Positions 6,797-16,721 of a DNA stretch of 64,000 bases are shown in pieces. The position numbers and the translations under genes were made by a program. The notes below the pieces were generated by a model. The model ran no database searches. It was not told the origin of the DNA and saw only the letters and a program-made list of their open reading frames with translations. The stretch comes from a virus. Lineage: Duplodnaviria; Caudoviricetes. Position 1 is the first letter of the stretch. Each line of letters opens with the position of its first letter. The DNA is taken from the IMG/VR virus record IMGVR_UViG_3300017791_000021, positions 1-64,000 of that record. One strand, written 5' to 3'.

Positions 6797-7207
6797 ATGG
6801 GACGTAAGAATCAAAGTTCTTACTACTCTAAACCCATCACACGGATACACGCGGACTTCAAGGGTATCTGTGCGTTGTGCAATGAGTATGTAGAGCTGGA
6901 GGATGCGTCCCGAGACCATATTATCCCCCGCTCAGCGGGCGGGGGTAATGGCCGGGACAACATTCAACTAACACATAAGCAATGCAATAACCTGAAGGGA
7001 GATATAGTCTACCCTTCGAATTGGCAGGAACAGCTTAAGCGGGAGATGGTCATACCTCACGGTTATCGCTGCCGTTACTGTTCCACGGAAATTACCAAGT
7101 TCCACAAGCAGAATGACTATGTTGCCAAAATTATCCACAAGGGTAAGCTCTTGGCGCTTCATTCCTGGTGTAACGAAGACAGACTAAAGTATGGAGGCAA
7201 ATTTTAA
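6797..7207 (+). CDS. HNH endonuclease
   Basis: CALC...DHIIPRSAGG...NIQLTHKQCNNLKG. Confidence 0.88.
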   Translation: MGRKNQSSYYSKPITRIHADFKGICALCNEYVELEDASRDHIIPRSAGGGNGRDNIQLTHKQCNNLKGDIVYPSNWQEQLKREMVIPHGYRCRYCSTEITKFHKQNDYVAKIIHKGKLLALHSWCNEDRLKYGGKF

Positions 7208-7728
7208 TGAACGATTTTGCTATCCTTCTGGACGTTGATGGACCCTTGAATCCGTACGCGGCAAAGGCTACACAGCGTCCAGAAGGCTACGAAACCCATC
7301 GGATGAAGCCCAGGGGCTTTGAGATGGGAAAGGGCCTCAGAGTGTGGCTCAAGCCCTCTCACGGGGCAGAGCTGACCGCACTCGGAGGTGAGCTGATCTG
7401 GGCAACCGCATGGGAATTCGAAGCCAATGACTGGATTGGACCCCATATTGGGCTTCCAGAGCTTCCAGTTATTGACTGGATAGACCGTGATCCCTGGAAT
7501 GAAGAGGGATTGCACTGGAAAACCAAGCGATTGGTCCAGTGGATGAACGAAAATCGTCCAGGAATCCCATTTATTTGGCTGGACGACGAAGTCGGACGGC
7601 CCGACCGGGATTTTATTGACGAAAACGCTGCTCCAGGGTCCAGAATCCTGATAATTTCTCCAAGAATCGGTATTGCAGCCGATGACTACGAAATAATTAC
7701 CGAGTGGAAGCAGGATTTGGGACTGTAA
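7207..7728 (+). CDS. HAD-superfamily phosphatase (Swiss-Army-Knife RNA-repair type)
   Basis: LLDVDGPLNP, WATAW, K, WLDDE motifs. Confidence 0.82.
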   Translation: MNDFAILLDVDGPLNPYAAKATQRPEGYETHRMKPRGFEMGKGLRVWLKPSHGAELTALGGELIWATAWEFEANDWIGPHIGLPELPVIDWIDRDPWNEEGLHWKTKRLVQWMNENRPGIPFIWLDDEVGRPDRDFIDENAAPGSRILIISPRIGIAADDYEIITEWKQDLGL

Positions 7729-8012
7729 TGACGAACCTGACAGTACGTATGACAGATGAGTTTGCGGAAGATCTGGAAGTGTTGTGCGGTGCCGTGCAGC
7801 CGAATGGGACAAGACTGAATAAAACAGAGGCTGTAAAGCTCGCAATACAGCGTCTTGCCGATACGTACAGAGGTGCATGGGATTACGGGGACGTACAAGA
7901 AGGCCGCGCCCCCGTACTCGTGTCCTACAGGTACCGTATGGACAACGGAGACCCTTCGTGGGTACCATCAGTACCGCACCTGAACATCATCGAAAGGGAG
8001 ATAGATGAGTAA
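7728..8012 (+). CDS. Hypothetical protein, possible RHH DNA-binding
   Basis: NLTVRM strand plus NKTEAVKLAI helix; TAATG coupling. Confidence 0.55.
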   Translation: MTNLTVRMTDEFAEDLEVLCGAVQPNGTRLNKTEAVKLAIQRLADTYRGAWDYGDVQEGRAPVLVSYRYRMDNGDPSWVPSVPHLNIIEREIDE

Positions 8013-8166
8013 TGACGAGTGGGGTGAGCGAGAAGATACCCAGAAGGGTATGTATATTCGCTTCAACTCCAAGACAAAGCGCTGGTATCTCTACAACAAG
8101 CGTGGCATTCTGATTACCAGTAATCGTAATAAGAAAACTCTACAGAATTGGAAGAACCCCGAGTGA
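8005..8166 (+). CDS. Small hypothetical protein
   Basis: 53-aa ORF with GGGAG RBS, coupled (GTGA) to the next gene. Confidence 0.55.
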   Translation: MSNDEWGEREDTQKGMYIRFNSKTKRWYLYNKRGILITSNRNKKTLQNWKNPE

Positions 8167-8717
8167 AAATCTTCTATGACACGGAATTTCTTGAGAACGG
8201 CTCCACAATCCGACTGATTTCAATCGGAATGATTCGGGAAGACGGAAAGGGCCTCTATCGAGTTGTCTATGATTACAGCCTTCTGAAGGATGTATTCGCG
8301 CATGACTGGTTGAGACATAATGTCTTTCCATCTCTGCCTTATGACATGACCGAAGACGGCATTGCTATGGATCATGCACATCTCGACTACAAGGACATCA
8401 AGTCCAGAAGTGAGATCGCGGATGACGTAAAGCGTTTCATTACTGATACACCGAATCCAGAACTGTGGGCTTACTATGGAGCATATGACCATGTAGCTCT
8501 TTGTCAGCTCTTCGGGCGCATGGTGGACTTGCCCACGGGCATTCCAATGTATACGAATGACTTGAAGAGCGAGATTATGCGCCTAGGGAATCCAAGGATT
8601 TCAGAACAGGCTACAGGGCTCCACAACGCCTTCATGGACGCTTGTTGGAACCTGGACACCTATGAGTACCTTCAGGGGCTCCAGAGGGCCAAAGAATTGA
8701 TTCTAGAGCGAGACTAG
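8163..8717 (+). CDS. DEDDh 3'-5' exoribonuclease (Rv2179c/RNase AS-like)
   Basis: IFYDTEFLENG, LISIGM, WAYYGAYDHV, HNAFMDA. Confidence 0.85.
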   Translation: MKIFYDTEFLENGSTIRLISIGMIREDGKGLYRVVYDYSLLKDVFAHDWLRHNVFPSLPYDMTEDGIAMDHAHLDYKDIKSRSEIADDVKRFITDTPNPELWAYYGAYDHVALCQLFGRMVDLPTGIPMYTNDLKSEIMRLGNPRISEQATGLHNAFMDACWNLDTYEYLQGLQRAKELILERD

Positions 8718-8728
8718 GGAGACAGACC

Positions 8729-8836
8729 ATGGCAGGAACCATCAAGGAATACAAATGTAGTAAGTGCAACGCTCAGAGTACTAATCCGGCTCGTTGTCCC
8801 GATAAGAACTGCAAGGGACAAATGGAAGCCATGTAA
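8729..8836 (+). CDS. Tiny zinc-ribbon protein
   Basis: 35 aa, YKCSKC...RCPDKNC, GGGAG RBS, followed by a terminator. Confidence 0.55.
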   Translation: MAGTIKEYKCSKCNAQSTNPARCPDKNCKGQMEAM

Positions 8837-8884
8837 AAAAGAAGGACCCCAATCCTCTAACCAGGAAAGGGGTCCTTCTCATTT
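8836..8884. terminator. Terminator between convergent genes
   Basis: AGAAGGACCCC...GGGGTCCTTCT inverted repeat. Confidence 0.7.
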
Positions 8885-9074
8885 AGCCGATATAAATCAC
8901 GATGATGTATACGCTCTTCTTGCGCTTCTCAACTCCAACAGAAACCTTTTTACCCGCCTTCTTCGCATTCTTCATAATGTAGTTCTTCTCAACCGAATAA
9001 TGCTCCGTGACGTATTTCCAGGCAGCATCCTCAGTAGAGAAAACATGATCCGTATATATCTTCTGTCTGGCCAT
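8883..9074 (-). CDS. Small basic hypothetical protein
   Basis: ORF preceded by TTGACG-17-TAGGGT promoter. Confidence 0.55.
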   Translation of the reverse strand: MARQKIYTDHVFSTEDAAWKYVTEHYSVEKNYIMKNAKKAGKKVSVGVEKRKKSVYIIVIYIG

Positions 9075-9219
9075 AGATACACCCTACAGCGAGCTACGCT
9101 CTACGTCAAGCGGATACTTACTATTACGTCAACCCCATAATTCAATTTTAAAAGGCTATACCCCCTATTCGGATACTGCAATTCATATAGACCCCAAATT
9201 CATTTTCGTAACTAGGCCG

Positions 9220-9970
9220 CCCCTTTTGTCCGCATTTGTCCGTTAAGGGTAGGGGGGTCTCATATGTCCGATTTGCCCAGCTATACCATATACGCACCCT
9301 ATAGGCACAGCGCCCCATTATGTCCAATATGCCCTGTGTGCCCATTCTATGCCCTATGCCAGTGATGTCCTGATATGTCCTGTGTACCTGGTTATGCCAT
9401 ATATTACACAGAGTTATGATATTACTAGGGGTTTGAGGGCTAATATGTCACTCTGCGTGATATTTGGGCTATATTCCATATGGTTTGTATGTCCGTTTTG
9501 CCCTTTATAGAGCGGTATGGGGGATACGGGGTATTCAGGGGCTTATGGGTGAGATGTCGGATATGCCTGATGTGGCATAGTATTGGGGGCATGGGTAGTT
9601 AGTGGTGTTATGGGGTGATGTCACTTAGGGTGTGCTGGCATAAGGGACATAGGGGACTGTCTGAGTGAGTGTCAGTTAGGCTCTTGTCAAGCCTTGCAGG
9701 TCAGAGGGCATATCTGATAGAGCGTCAGTCATTGGTGATGGTGTGTCAGTTACTACGCTCTGTGAAATCGCTCTGTACGGGCCTACGGGGGAAGGGTTGG
9801 GGTGACTGGATAGGTGAGGCTAAAGGATCATGCTAGAGAGGCGTACAGGGCTTTCTATGGAGTACTTGTCAGTACTGTTGACAGACCAGAGAGACTATGC
9901 TTTCGCCGCCCCGCCCGTTCCCGCATGATCATCTGATGACTCGTCAATGTCTGTGATGTCCGTTATTCCC
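9220..9970 (+). repeat. Non-coding block of degenerate (T/G)(A/T)TG(T/C)CC heptamer repeats
   Basis: Copies at about 9225, 9235, 9263, 9272, 9319, 9328, 9337, 9348, 9355, 9364, 9374, 9488, 9497 and further right; no credible ORF. Confidence 0.7.
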
Positions 9971-10099
9971 CCATGGCTTAGTGCTGTCTTGGTAAAGCTT
10001 TGGTCATGATCATGGGCTGAGTTTGCGTGCTCCCCCCTATGGGGTATGTACTGGCCGAACGTTCCCAACAGGGGAGCGACACAGACAAGGGGTCACACC

Positions 10100-11485
10100 A
10101 TGCGAGTCAAGATCACTCCCGCTCAGATCATCGCGCTTCGTTCGGCCACGCTCACGGACGCGGGAACGTACGAACTGACTACCGCTAAGGCACAGACGCT
10201 CAACGCGCTTACCCGCGTAGGGGTTGTGGTGGAGGGTTCCACGTACCTCACGGTTCAGGGTGTGTCGGTCATGCACAGTGTCAGTCACATTGACGTGATC
10301 GCGTCCAAGGGTCACACGGTGAGTCTGAGTGATGACGCTGAATCCCTGGTCATGTTCGTACTTCCCCCGCGTGTGGAGGATGACGGATCGGACATGATCA
10401 TTTCGGACAGTGCGGCTGAGCTGTCCACCATGATCACGGAAACCCTTTCTGGAGTGATCATCACGGGGGATGAGCCGAACACGTGGGAACCCGATTTCAC
10501 CGTGTCCAGTGCGCGGGAATGCTACTTCGGTTGTGGCGTTGCTCCCGTTGCTGTCTTTGTGGACTACGTAGGCCGTACAGAGGGAGTGTGCGCCGCTCAC
10601 CGTGTGCAGGTGGAGGGAAAGACCTATGACATTCCGGCAGACGCTTACGCGCCCGTACAGGAGGTTTCCCCCACCCTTGCCATGGTGCGCGCTATCCAGG
10701 GTGGGGAAGTGCCTACCGCGTGCGTAATTCAGAACACGCCCGGAATGGCGGGAGTTTCGCACTATCACTCTCCCGCGTGTGCAGACGTCAAGCGGGAAAT
10801 GCGTAAGTGGGGACAGTCTGAGAGTGACGTTATGTTCGCCACCTTTGCGACCGTTGCTGACATCCTCGTGTTTGAGGATGGCGGACGGGGGAGCGACTAC
10901 GCGGAGGAATTCACTCCGGAATGGTGGAGCGTCGTTATGGAGAACTCCACTTCTGACGTGCGCATTATGCCTTGCCTTTCCATTCCGGCCGGACGTGTTG
11001 GGGATTCCCCGCTTGTCACTCAGGGGAATTTCTTCCGCACGGGATTTGACCAGCCTTCCCCCGAAAAGGTGGCGGAAGCACAAGCGGAAATCGACGCGCA
11101 CAATTTCAACACGTGCGACGAAAAGGAATGCATCACGTGTGCATTCAAGCTTTATGAAGCGTGCAAGGGAAACCACACGGGAGACAACGTGTGCGCCGCT
11201 TGTGACGCATTCGAAAACGCGCGGGTTATTCCGGCCACGGTGGAGGATGACACAGACGCGGGTTTCGTTGAGACCCTGGTTACCAAGGAATATGAGCTTT
11301 CCGTGATCGTTGATGAGATCACGGGAACGCGCGTTTCCCTTGGTTGGGTCACGCTCACCATGAATGCCGCTCAGTCTCACGATTGGGACCGCGTGGCAGA
11401 GGAGTACGGGCGTACTCAGAACACGCGCACGCCGCGCCACGGTTGGGCAAGCATCATCACGGTTCACGACGTGGCAGACATCTAG
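10100..11485 (+). CDS. Large acidic early protein with Cys/His clusters
   Basis: ATG 10100 with AAGGGG RBS; several CxxC pairs; no family recognised. Confidence 0.75.
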   Translation: MRVKITPAQIIALRSATLTDAGTYELTTAKAQTLNALTRVGVVVEGSTYLTVQGVSVMHSVSHIDVIASKGHTVSLSDDAESLVMFVLPPRVEDDGSDMIISDSAAELSTMITETLSGVIITGDEPNTWEPDFTVSSARECYFGCGVAPVAVFVDYVGRTEGVCAAHRVQVEGKTYDIPADAYAPVQEVSPTLAMVRAIQGGEVPTACVIQNTPGMAGVSHYHSPACADVKREMRKWGQSESDVMFATFATVADILVFEDGGRGSDYAEEFTPEWWSVVMENSTSDVRIMPCLSIPAGRVGDSPLVTQGNFFRTGFDQPSPEKVAEAQAEIDAHNFNTCDEKECITCAFKLYEACKGNHTGDNVCAACDAFENARVIPATVEDDTDAGFVETLVTKEYELSVIVDEITGTRVSLGWVTLTMNAAQSHDWDRVAEEYGRTQNTRTPRHGWASIITVHDVADI

Positions 11486-11608
11486 TCACACCCTGTACGG
11501 CACGTAAACGGGCCTAGGACAGCCTAGGGGAGCATCCTAGGCCCGTTGTCCCACCCAAGCTAAACGATCACGCTAGACAGCCTCACAGAGCTTTAGGGAG
11601 AAACGATC

Positions 11609-13384
11609 ATGAACGCAACGGCAGTAGCAACGGGCGCACGGTTCCACGGTGCCGTTATGCACGTGATCACTAAGGGCATGGCTCACGACGTGAGCGCGTG
11701 TGGCCGGTTGGTCATTCCGGGCAAGGGTGAAACGCTCCGCATGTGCCGTACGTGTGTCCGTATCAACAGTGACGCGCGCAAGATCAATGACCGTGCGCGT
11801 AAGGCAGAAAGGGAATTGCGTATGAATCGCTCTAACAAAATGGCGGAGGAATTCATTTCCTGGGAATTCCAGCTCACCGCTTATGAGCTGGAAATGACTA
11901 AGGAAAAGATCGAAAAGATTAACGCGCGTTGCGCTAAGCGTGGAATTCCGGGCGGTTTGAATGTCGAATGGCGGGAGGAAATCAAAAAGGAAAAGAATTC
12001 CGTTGGGGTGGAAATCGAATACCTGGTCTACATGACCAAAATCACGGGTATTTCTCCCAAGCTTCCCGATTGGGAATTCATTGCCACTCTGGACTATGAC
12101 CACAATGCGGGATTGATTGTGCGCACGTATCCGGGCGTGAATTCCATTGACCGTAGCGAATTGCGGGAGGGATGGTGCGACCATTGCCAGACCGACCGTT
12201 ACCGCAAAAACACCTATGTAATGCGGAATACCGCAACGGGTGAACAAATTCAGGTCGGTTCTTCCTGCATTAAGGATTTCACGGGATGGGAAGCGCTCCC
12301 GTATTCCGCAGAGAAGATGTCCAAGGATGTTGAGGAAATGTCCGGGGGATTTGGTGGGGGAGCGCGTGACGTTTCCACGCTTACGGTTCTCTCCGTTGCT
12401 TGGGCATGTGTCACTGAGTTTGGCTATGTGCGCTCCCGTGAAATCGGCGCAACCGTGGATATGGTGCGGAATGTCATTGACCCCCCGCGCAAGATTTCCC
12501 CGGAATTCAAGGCTGAACTTGAAAGGCTTTCCGCTCACGCGGACAGCATGACGGACCGTGCGAAGGAATTGCGCGCGTGGATTCTCTCCGATGAATTCAG
12601 CGGTAATTCTGAGTACGTGCTGAACATGAAAGCAATTGCGGGCGCGGAAATGGTGAGTTCCCGCAATTACGGATTGCTGGTCAGTGCTCCGCAGGCTTGG
12701 GCGCGATTCCTGGAAAAGTCTTTCATTAAGGCTAAGGAAGCTAAGCCCGAATCCAATTGGGTTGGCGAAATTGGGGAGCGTTGGGAAATGTCCCTCAAGC
12801 TGGAAACCGTTAAGTACATCGAAAGTGCTTACGGTTGCTCTACCCTCCACAAGTTCACGGATGCTAGCGGGAATGTGTTCTCTTGGTTCGCCAGTAGTGC
12901 GGACTATAGGGACAACGTAGGCGACGTGTTCCACGTGTCCGCTAGCATTAAGGGACACAGCAATAAGTACGGCGTAGAGACTGCCCTTACCCGCGTCAAG
13001 GTGATTGACGACGTACAGGCAGAATCGCGCAAGATCAAAGATGCGCCTATCAAGGTGCGCGACGAAATCACGGTGAGCGCACTTACCGCAAAGGGAATTG
13101 ACCTTGACGGTGTGTACGTGATGAATGGCGAGTTTTTCAAGATTCGCCAGACAAAGGGAAATGCCTACGCCGTTAAGTTCACGTCTAACGGTTGGGAATA
13201 CTCGCACCGTTCGGTAAACATCATCCGTCCGGCCGATATGGCTACTGCGGAGGATGCCGCACGGTTCGGTAAGACTCACGCTCACTGTGTCTACTGCGTG
13301 CGCCCGTTGACGGATGAGCGCTCCCTCACGGTTGGCTATGGCGAGACTTGCGCCGCTACCCGTGGCCTTCCCTGGGGTGAGTAA
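11609..13384 (+). CDS. Multi-domain protein with zinc finger, probable OB fold and C-terminal DUF6011-like finger
   Basis: CDHC..R..TY..QVGSSC; WVGEIGER..KGHS.Y.ETALTRV; HCVYCVRPLTDERSLTVGYGETCA. Confidence 0.78.
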   Translation: MNATAVATGARFHGAVMHVITKGMAHDVSACGRLVIPGKGETLRMCRTCVRINSDARKINDRARKAERELRMNRSNKMAEEFISWEFQLTAYELEMTKEKIEKINARCAKRGIPGGLNVEWREEIKKEKNSVGVEIEYLVYMTKITGISPKLPDWEFIATLDYDHNAGLIVRTYPGVNSIDRSELREGWCDHCQTDRYRKNTYVMRNTATGEQIQVGSSCIKDFTGWEALPYSAEKMSKDVEEMSGGFGGGARDVSTLTVLSVAWACVTEFGYVRSREIGATVDMVRNVIDPPRKISPEFKAELERLSAHADSMTDRAKELRAWILSDEFSGNSEYVLNMKAIAGAEMVSSRNYGLLVSAPQAWARFLEKSFIKAKEAKPESNWVGEIGERWEMSLKLETVKYIESAYGCSTLHKFTDASGNVFSWFASSADYRDNVGDVFHVSASIKGHSNKYGVETALTRVKVIDDVQAESRKIKDAPIKVRDEITVSALTAKGIDLDGVYVMNGEFFKIRQTKGNAYAVKFTSNGWEYSHRSVNIIRPADMATAEDAARFGKTHAHCVYCVRPLTDERSLTVGYGETCAATRGLPWGE

Positions 13385-13491
13385 CACACCCTAGAACGTG
13401 CTACAGGGTGCCTAGGACAGCCTTACAGGGGTTCTAGGCACCCTTTCCCCAACGACCCTAAACGATCTTGTTAGAGAGGCACTGAGAGACT

Positions 13492-13701
13492 ATGGCCGGT
13501 AGACCTAAAGCGGAATGGCTAGCAAGGGTGCGGAGCATCGGACGCGCGCTTAGGCAGGGTGAGGGAATCAGGGTTCATGTCCGTATTGTCCTAGATCGTG
13601 ATCCTTCGCGCGATGTGTCCGTTTACCTGACTCTTGACGACGCGCGCAAGTGGCGCGATGCTCTAGACGTAATGATCCGACGAACGGAGAACGGGGAATG
13701 A
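13492..13701 (+). CDS. Hypothetical protein
   Basis: ORF, ATGA-coupled to the next gene. Confidence 0.6.
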   Translation: MAGRPKAEWLARVRSIGRALRQGEGIRVHVRIVLDRDPSRDVSVYLTLDDARKWRDALDVMIRRTENGE

Positions 13702-13895
13702 CCAGGGAACAACTGGCAAGCCTGTACGCTCATCAGATCAAAGAGGGAGAATTGACCAGAACTCACGCCATTATGTACTGGCGTAATCGTCATCAAACGG
13801 ATTACATCACTGCACTAGAGGCAATTGATTTTGCCATCGGAGAATTGAACGAATTTGGGGTGTTGACATACCCCGATCCGTTCGCTACCCTCTAA
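13698..13895 (+). CDS. Hypothetical protein
   Basis: MTREQLA start with GGAG RBS. Confidence 0.6.
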   Translation: MTREQLASLYAHQIKEGELTRTHAIMYWRNRHQTDYITALEAIDFAIGELNEFGVLTYPDPFATL

Positions 13896-13986
13896 CTATA
13901 TTTATATATAGAAATAGGTAGGGATTAGAGATATATTTCTCTGTCCCTATCTATTTCTATTTCTCCTTCTAATAGGAATAGGGATT

Positions 13987-14103
13987 ATGAAATACCTAGT
14001 CATACTGACAATGATTGTCATTGCGTACAGCGCTGGTGTGTTCATGGGTTGGGATGCTGGGGTGAGAGACGCACAACACCTAGCCACGGTTCAGACTCCC
14101 TAG
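13987..14103 (+). CDS. Small membrane protein
   Basis: 38 aa, hydrophobic N-terminus, AGGGA RBS. Confidence 0.45.
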   Translation: MKYLVILTMIVIAYSAGVFMGWDAGVRDAQHLATVQTP

Positions 14104-14236
14104 CGTGTGGTGCGGGAAGAGCCCTAGGAACGGCTGAGAGGCTGTCTCTAGGGCTCTTGGCATGTCTGATGGACACAGAGACCTAGGGCAGGGTGTGAGG
14201 CTGTCACACGGGCACACAGAGCGTTTGCGTGTGGAG

Positions 14237-14425
14237 TTGACAAGTGCTCCGCACCCTGGCAATGTTCTACCTGTCAGCAGCACAGAGCAACGCCAGAGCG
14301 GGACAGCCCTACGGGCCTAAAACGACGCGATGGACGCTCACAACGCAGGTTGACAAGCAAGACAGCAAGTGCAAGACTCTAGCTCAGCAGGACAGCACAA
14401 CGGCTCTTTGAGAACTGAATAGCGG
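14237..14425 (+). promoter_or_regulatory. Tandem promoters followed by an rrn-like boxA antitermination element
   Basis: TTGACA at 14237 and 14350 with 17-nt spacers to CAATGT and AAGACT; GCTCTTTGAGAACTGAATAG at 14403-14422. Confidence 0.65.
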
Positions 14426-14470
14426 CTCTAGACAGCGCTAAAACCGCTGGATTCGGGAATGGGGTAACCC

Positions 14471-14785
14471 ATGAACGTTCACGTGACTGTCGGCAACAAG
14501 ATCATCAACACCCTGCCGAATGTCTCTGGGATGCGCAGCATGTATGACCGTTTTTACGGTCCGGCTGTCCGAATCACTTTCCGCAACGGGCATGAATTGT
14601 CTATCGTGGCCAATCCTGGTTTCGGTCGGGGTGGTCGCTATGCGTCCGGTGATCTGTGCGAAATCGCAGTGTTTGACAACAGCGATGAATTCACACAGCG
14701 TTTCTTCACCATTGAGGATGACGTAATGGGTTACTGCACCATGGAAGAGATCATGCAGGTTGCGGAGAGGATTTCGAATGTCTGA
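14471..14785 (+). CDS. Hypothetical phage protein
   Basis: FRNGHELSIV..CEIAV..DVMGYCT motif common in phage hypotheticals. Confidence 0.7.
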   Translation: MNVHVTVGNKIINTLPNVSGMRSMYDRFYGPAVRITFRNGHELSIVANPGFGRGGRYASGDLCEIAVFDNSDEFTQRFFTIEDDVMGYCTMEEIMQVAERISNV

Positions 14786-15092
14786 GTGGCGCAGTTCAAA
14801 GCGTGGTGGAGAAACCGTTCTCATTGTGTGGGAACTGAATACCTCCATGGGATATGACTGGGAGATCACATCAATCGTCATGAATTCCAAGGGTGAATAT
14901 GCCCTGTATTCCGCTTCGGGTTGTTCTTGTGATGGCCCATACTGGAATGGTTGGGATGAATGTGATTTGGCTTGGACGGATAACCTCAATGAGGTAAAGC
15001 GCCAAGCCAGGGAATCCGTGGGTAGGTCAGAGCGGATTTCCGTTGGCCGAAAGGCTGACAATCTGTCCAAGCTCTCTCGACTCAGCAAGTAA
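14778..15092 (+). CDS. Hypothetical protein
   Basis: YDW...ASGCSCDGPY motif; GGAGAGG RBS. Confidence 0.7.
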   Translation: MSEWRSSKRGGETVLIVWELNTSMGYDWEITSIVMNSKGEYALYSASGCSCDGPYWNGWDECDLAWTDNLNEVKRQARESVGRSERISVGRKADNLSKLSRLSK

Positions 15093-15148
15093 CACAAAAC
15101 TACTAGAATTCAGCGGTTCTAGGACTGTCTAGAGAGAGGAAAGTCCAG

Positions 15149-15466
15149 ATGGATTCCGATTTGAATATCGTGTATAGGAATCCGGAATATCACCTGTCAC
15201 ACGGTGAAGTGGATTACGAGGTTTGGGAATTCCGAACCTACGGACACACAATTTCGGATGCTTGTGCACAGACAATCGCGTCATGGTGGCATTCCCCAGG
15301 TTCCCCGCTTTCAACTGTTCTTAGCACAATGGGAGCAGTAACGAGCGATATGGAAATCTCGCATTTCGCCGGGCAACATGAGTTTGATATGTCCGACGAG
15401 AGGGAACAGCAAGAGCTTAAAGCCCTGGATATGTACATCAAGTCAAAGCAGAAGGGTAAAAACTAA
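15149..15466 (+). CDS. Hypothetical protein
   Basis: ISDACAQTIASWWHSPG motif; RBS. Confidence 0.7.
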   Translation: MDSDLNIVYRNPEYHLSHGEVDYEVWEFRTYGHTISDACAQTIASWWHSPGSPLSTVLSTMGAVTSDMEISHFAGQHEFDMSDEREQQELKALDMYIKSKQKGKN

Positions 15467-15606
15467 TGCCGATTGTCAGACTGCTGATTCTGCCTCTTGT
15501 GTGGGGATTCCTCGCACTGTGTGCGGTTTTCATGCTGGTTTACGGTGGCCTCTTTTGGGTAATGACCGGAGAGACCTACACCATTCGTCTCAACATCGGA
15601 AACTGA
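15466..15606 (+). CDS. Small membrane protein
   Basis: TAATG-coupled 46-aa hydrophobic ORF. Confidence 0.55.
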   Translation: MPIVRLLILPLVWGFLALCAVFMLVYGGLFWVMTGETYTIRLNIGN

Positions 15607-15616
15607 GGAAAAGCAC

Positions 15617-15847
15617 ATGATGACTCGCAAGCACTTTCAGAAGACTGCCGACATTCTCAATGCGCGTATTCGTACGTGTCTGGTGAGTGTGGATGGCGTC
15701 AACATTCCTGGTCTGATTCTCCCCGAAATGGCGGGGGAATACGCGCAGCTCACTTCCCTTGCAGATGAGTTTGCGGATTGGTTCGCGGATGACAATCCGA
15801 GTTTCAACCGTGAGCGGTTCATGCAGGCTGCTTATCGCTGCAATTGA
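15617..15847 (+). CDS. Conserved phage hypothetical protein
   Basis: MTRKHF..ADIL...DNPSFNRERFMQA motif. Confidence 0.75.
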   Translation: MMTRKHFQKTADILNARIRTCLVSVDGVNIPGLILPEMAGEYAQLTSLADEFADWFADDNPSFNRERFMQAAYRCN

Positions 15848-15926
15848 TGGTGCTTTCCGCGCGGAAATACGTAGGGATTGTGTCCCTATAGTCCGTGCGG
15901 ATTACTCCACCAATTGAGGGGAAATA

Positions 15927-16157
15927 ATGGCAACTCTTCGTGATCTTGAGGAAATGCTCAAGCGTTTGCCTGATGGCATCAAAGACACGGAATTTGTGGT
16001 TTTCGACACGCACACGGGAACACGTACAACGTTCACAAAGGGTGTGTCTGAATTGGTCATGGTTGGTAGCCATGGCCGAGCGTTTGTGGAACTACGGGGA
16101 GCGCAAGACTTTATGCAGCGTTCAACCCCTCCCCCGTTCCCTGGTAAGCCTAGCTAG
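15927..16157 (+). CDS. Hypothetical protein
   Basis: RBS GAGGGG. Confidence 0.65.
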   Translation: MATLRDLEEMLKRLPDGIKDTEFVVFDTHTGTRTTFTKGVSELVMVGSHGRAFVELRGAQDFMQRSTPPPFPGKPS

Positions 16158-16235
16158 AGGGGTTGCATCACCTAAGCCACTGTGCTTAGATGGTGCTGTC
16201 CACCTAGACAGGGTGGCTCACTCGGAGGTAATCCA

Positions 16236-16367
16236 ATGGCTGTCAACCTGAACAACCGTGCCGGTATCACCTGCGGTAAGCGCTCGGATGGTTCGCGCTG
16301 CGTGCTGTGGAGTGACGACACGTTCGAATGGTTCAACGCTGAGGAGTTCAACGCGCTGTTTGTCTAG
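16236..16367 (+). CDS. Small hypothetical protein
   Basis: GGAGG RBS before MAVNLNN. Confidence 0.6.
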   Translation: MAVNLNNRAGITCGKRSDGSRCVLWSDDTFEWFNAEEFNALFV

Positions 16368-16434
16368 TCTGATTGTGTCTTGCAGGGGTGAAAATCCCTG
16401 TGAGGCACTGTCCGACTAAACGGGAAGGTAAGAA

Positions 16435-16629
16435 ATGTTTACCCTGCTCATGACGATTTACGCTATCGGCGCAATCGCATTGTTTTTCGGATGCATAATC
16501 AGCGGAGTACAGGAGAATGACACTCCGCTAAAGCTCATCGGTGACGCTGTATTCGTGGCTGTCATTTGGCCGGTTGGCATAATCGGTCTGTTTCTCATGC
16601 TGATATGGTGGGGAATCGTAGGCGACTAA
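16435..16629 (+). CDS. Small membrane protein
   Basis: Two TM helices, WP motif. Confidence 0.65.
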   Translation: MFTLLMTIYAIGAIALFFGCIISGVQENDTPLKLIGDAVFVAVIWPVGIIGLFLMLIWWGIVGD

Positions 16630-16721
16630 CGTTTTACGTCATTCAAACAAACTAGATGCATTGCATCATTCCCGAGTAATTCGGGAGTGGTGTTGTTCAC
16701 CTAGTGGAAAGGCTGTGAACA

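Noticed and set aside
10037-13387. Long antisense ORFs (476 and 604 aa) and similar ones opposite other genes
   Set aside because: Mirror frames of real plus-strand genes caused by codon bias; no RBS or protein motifs
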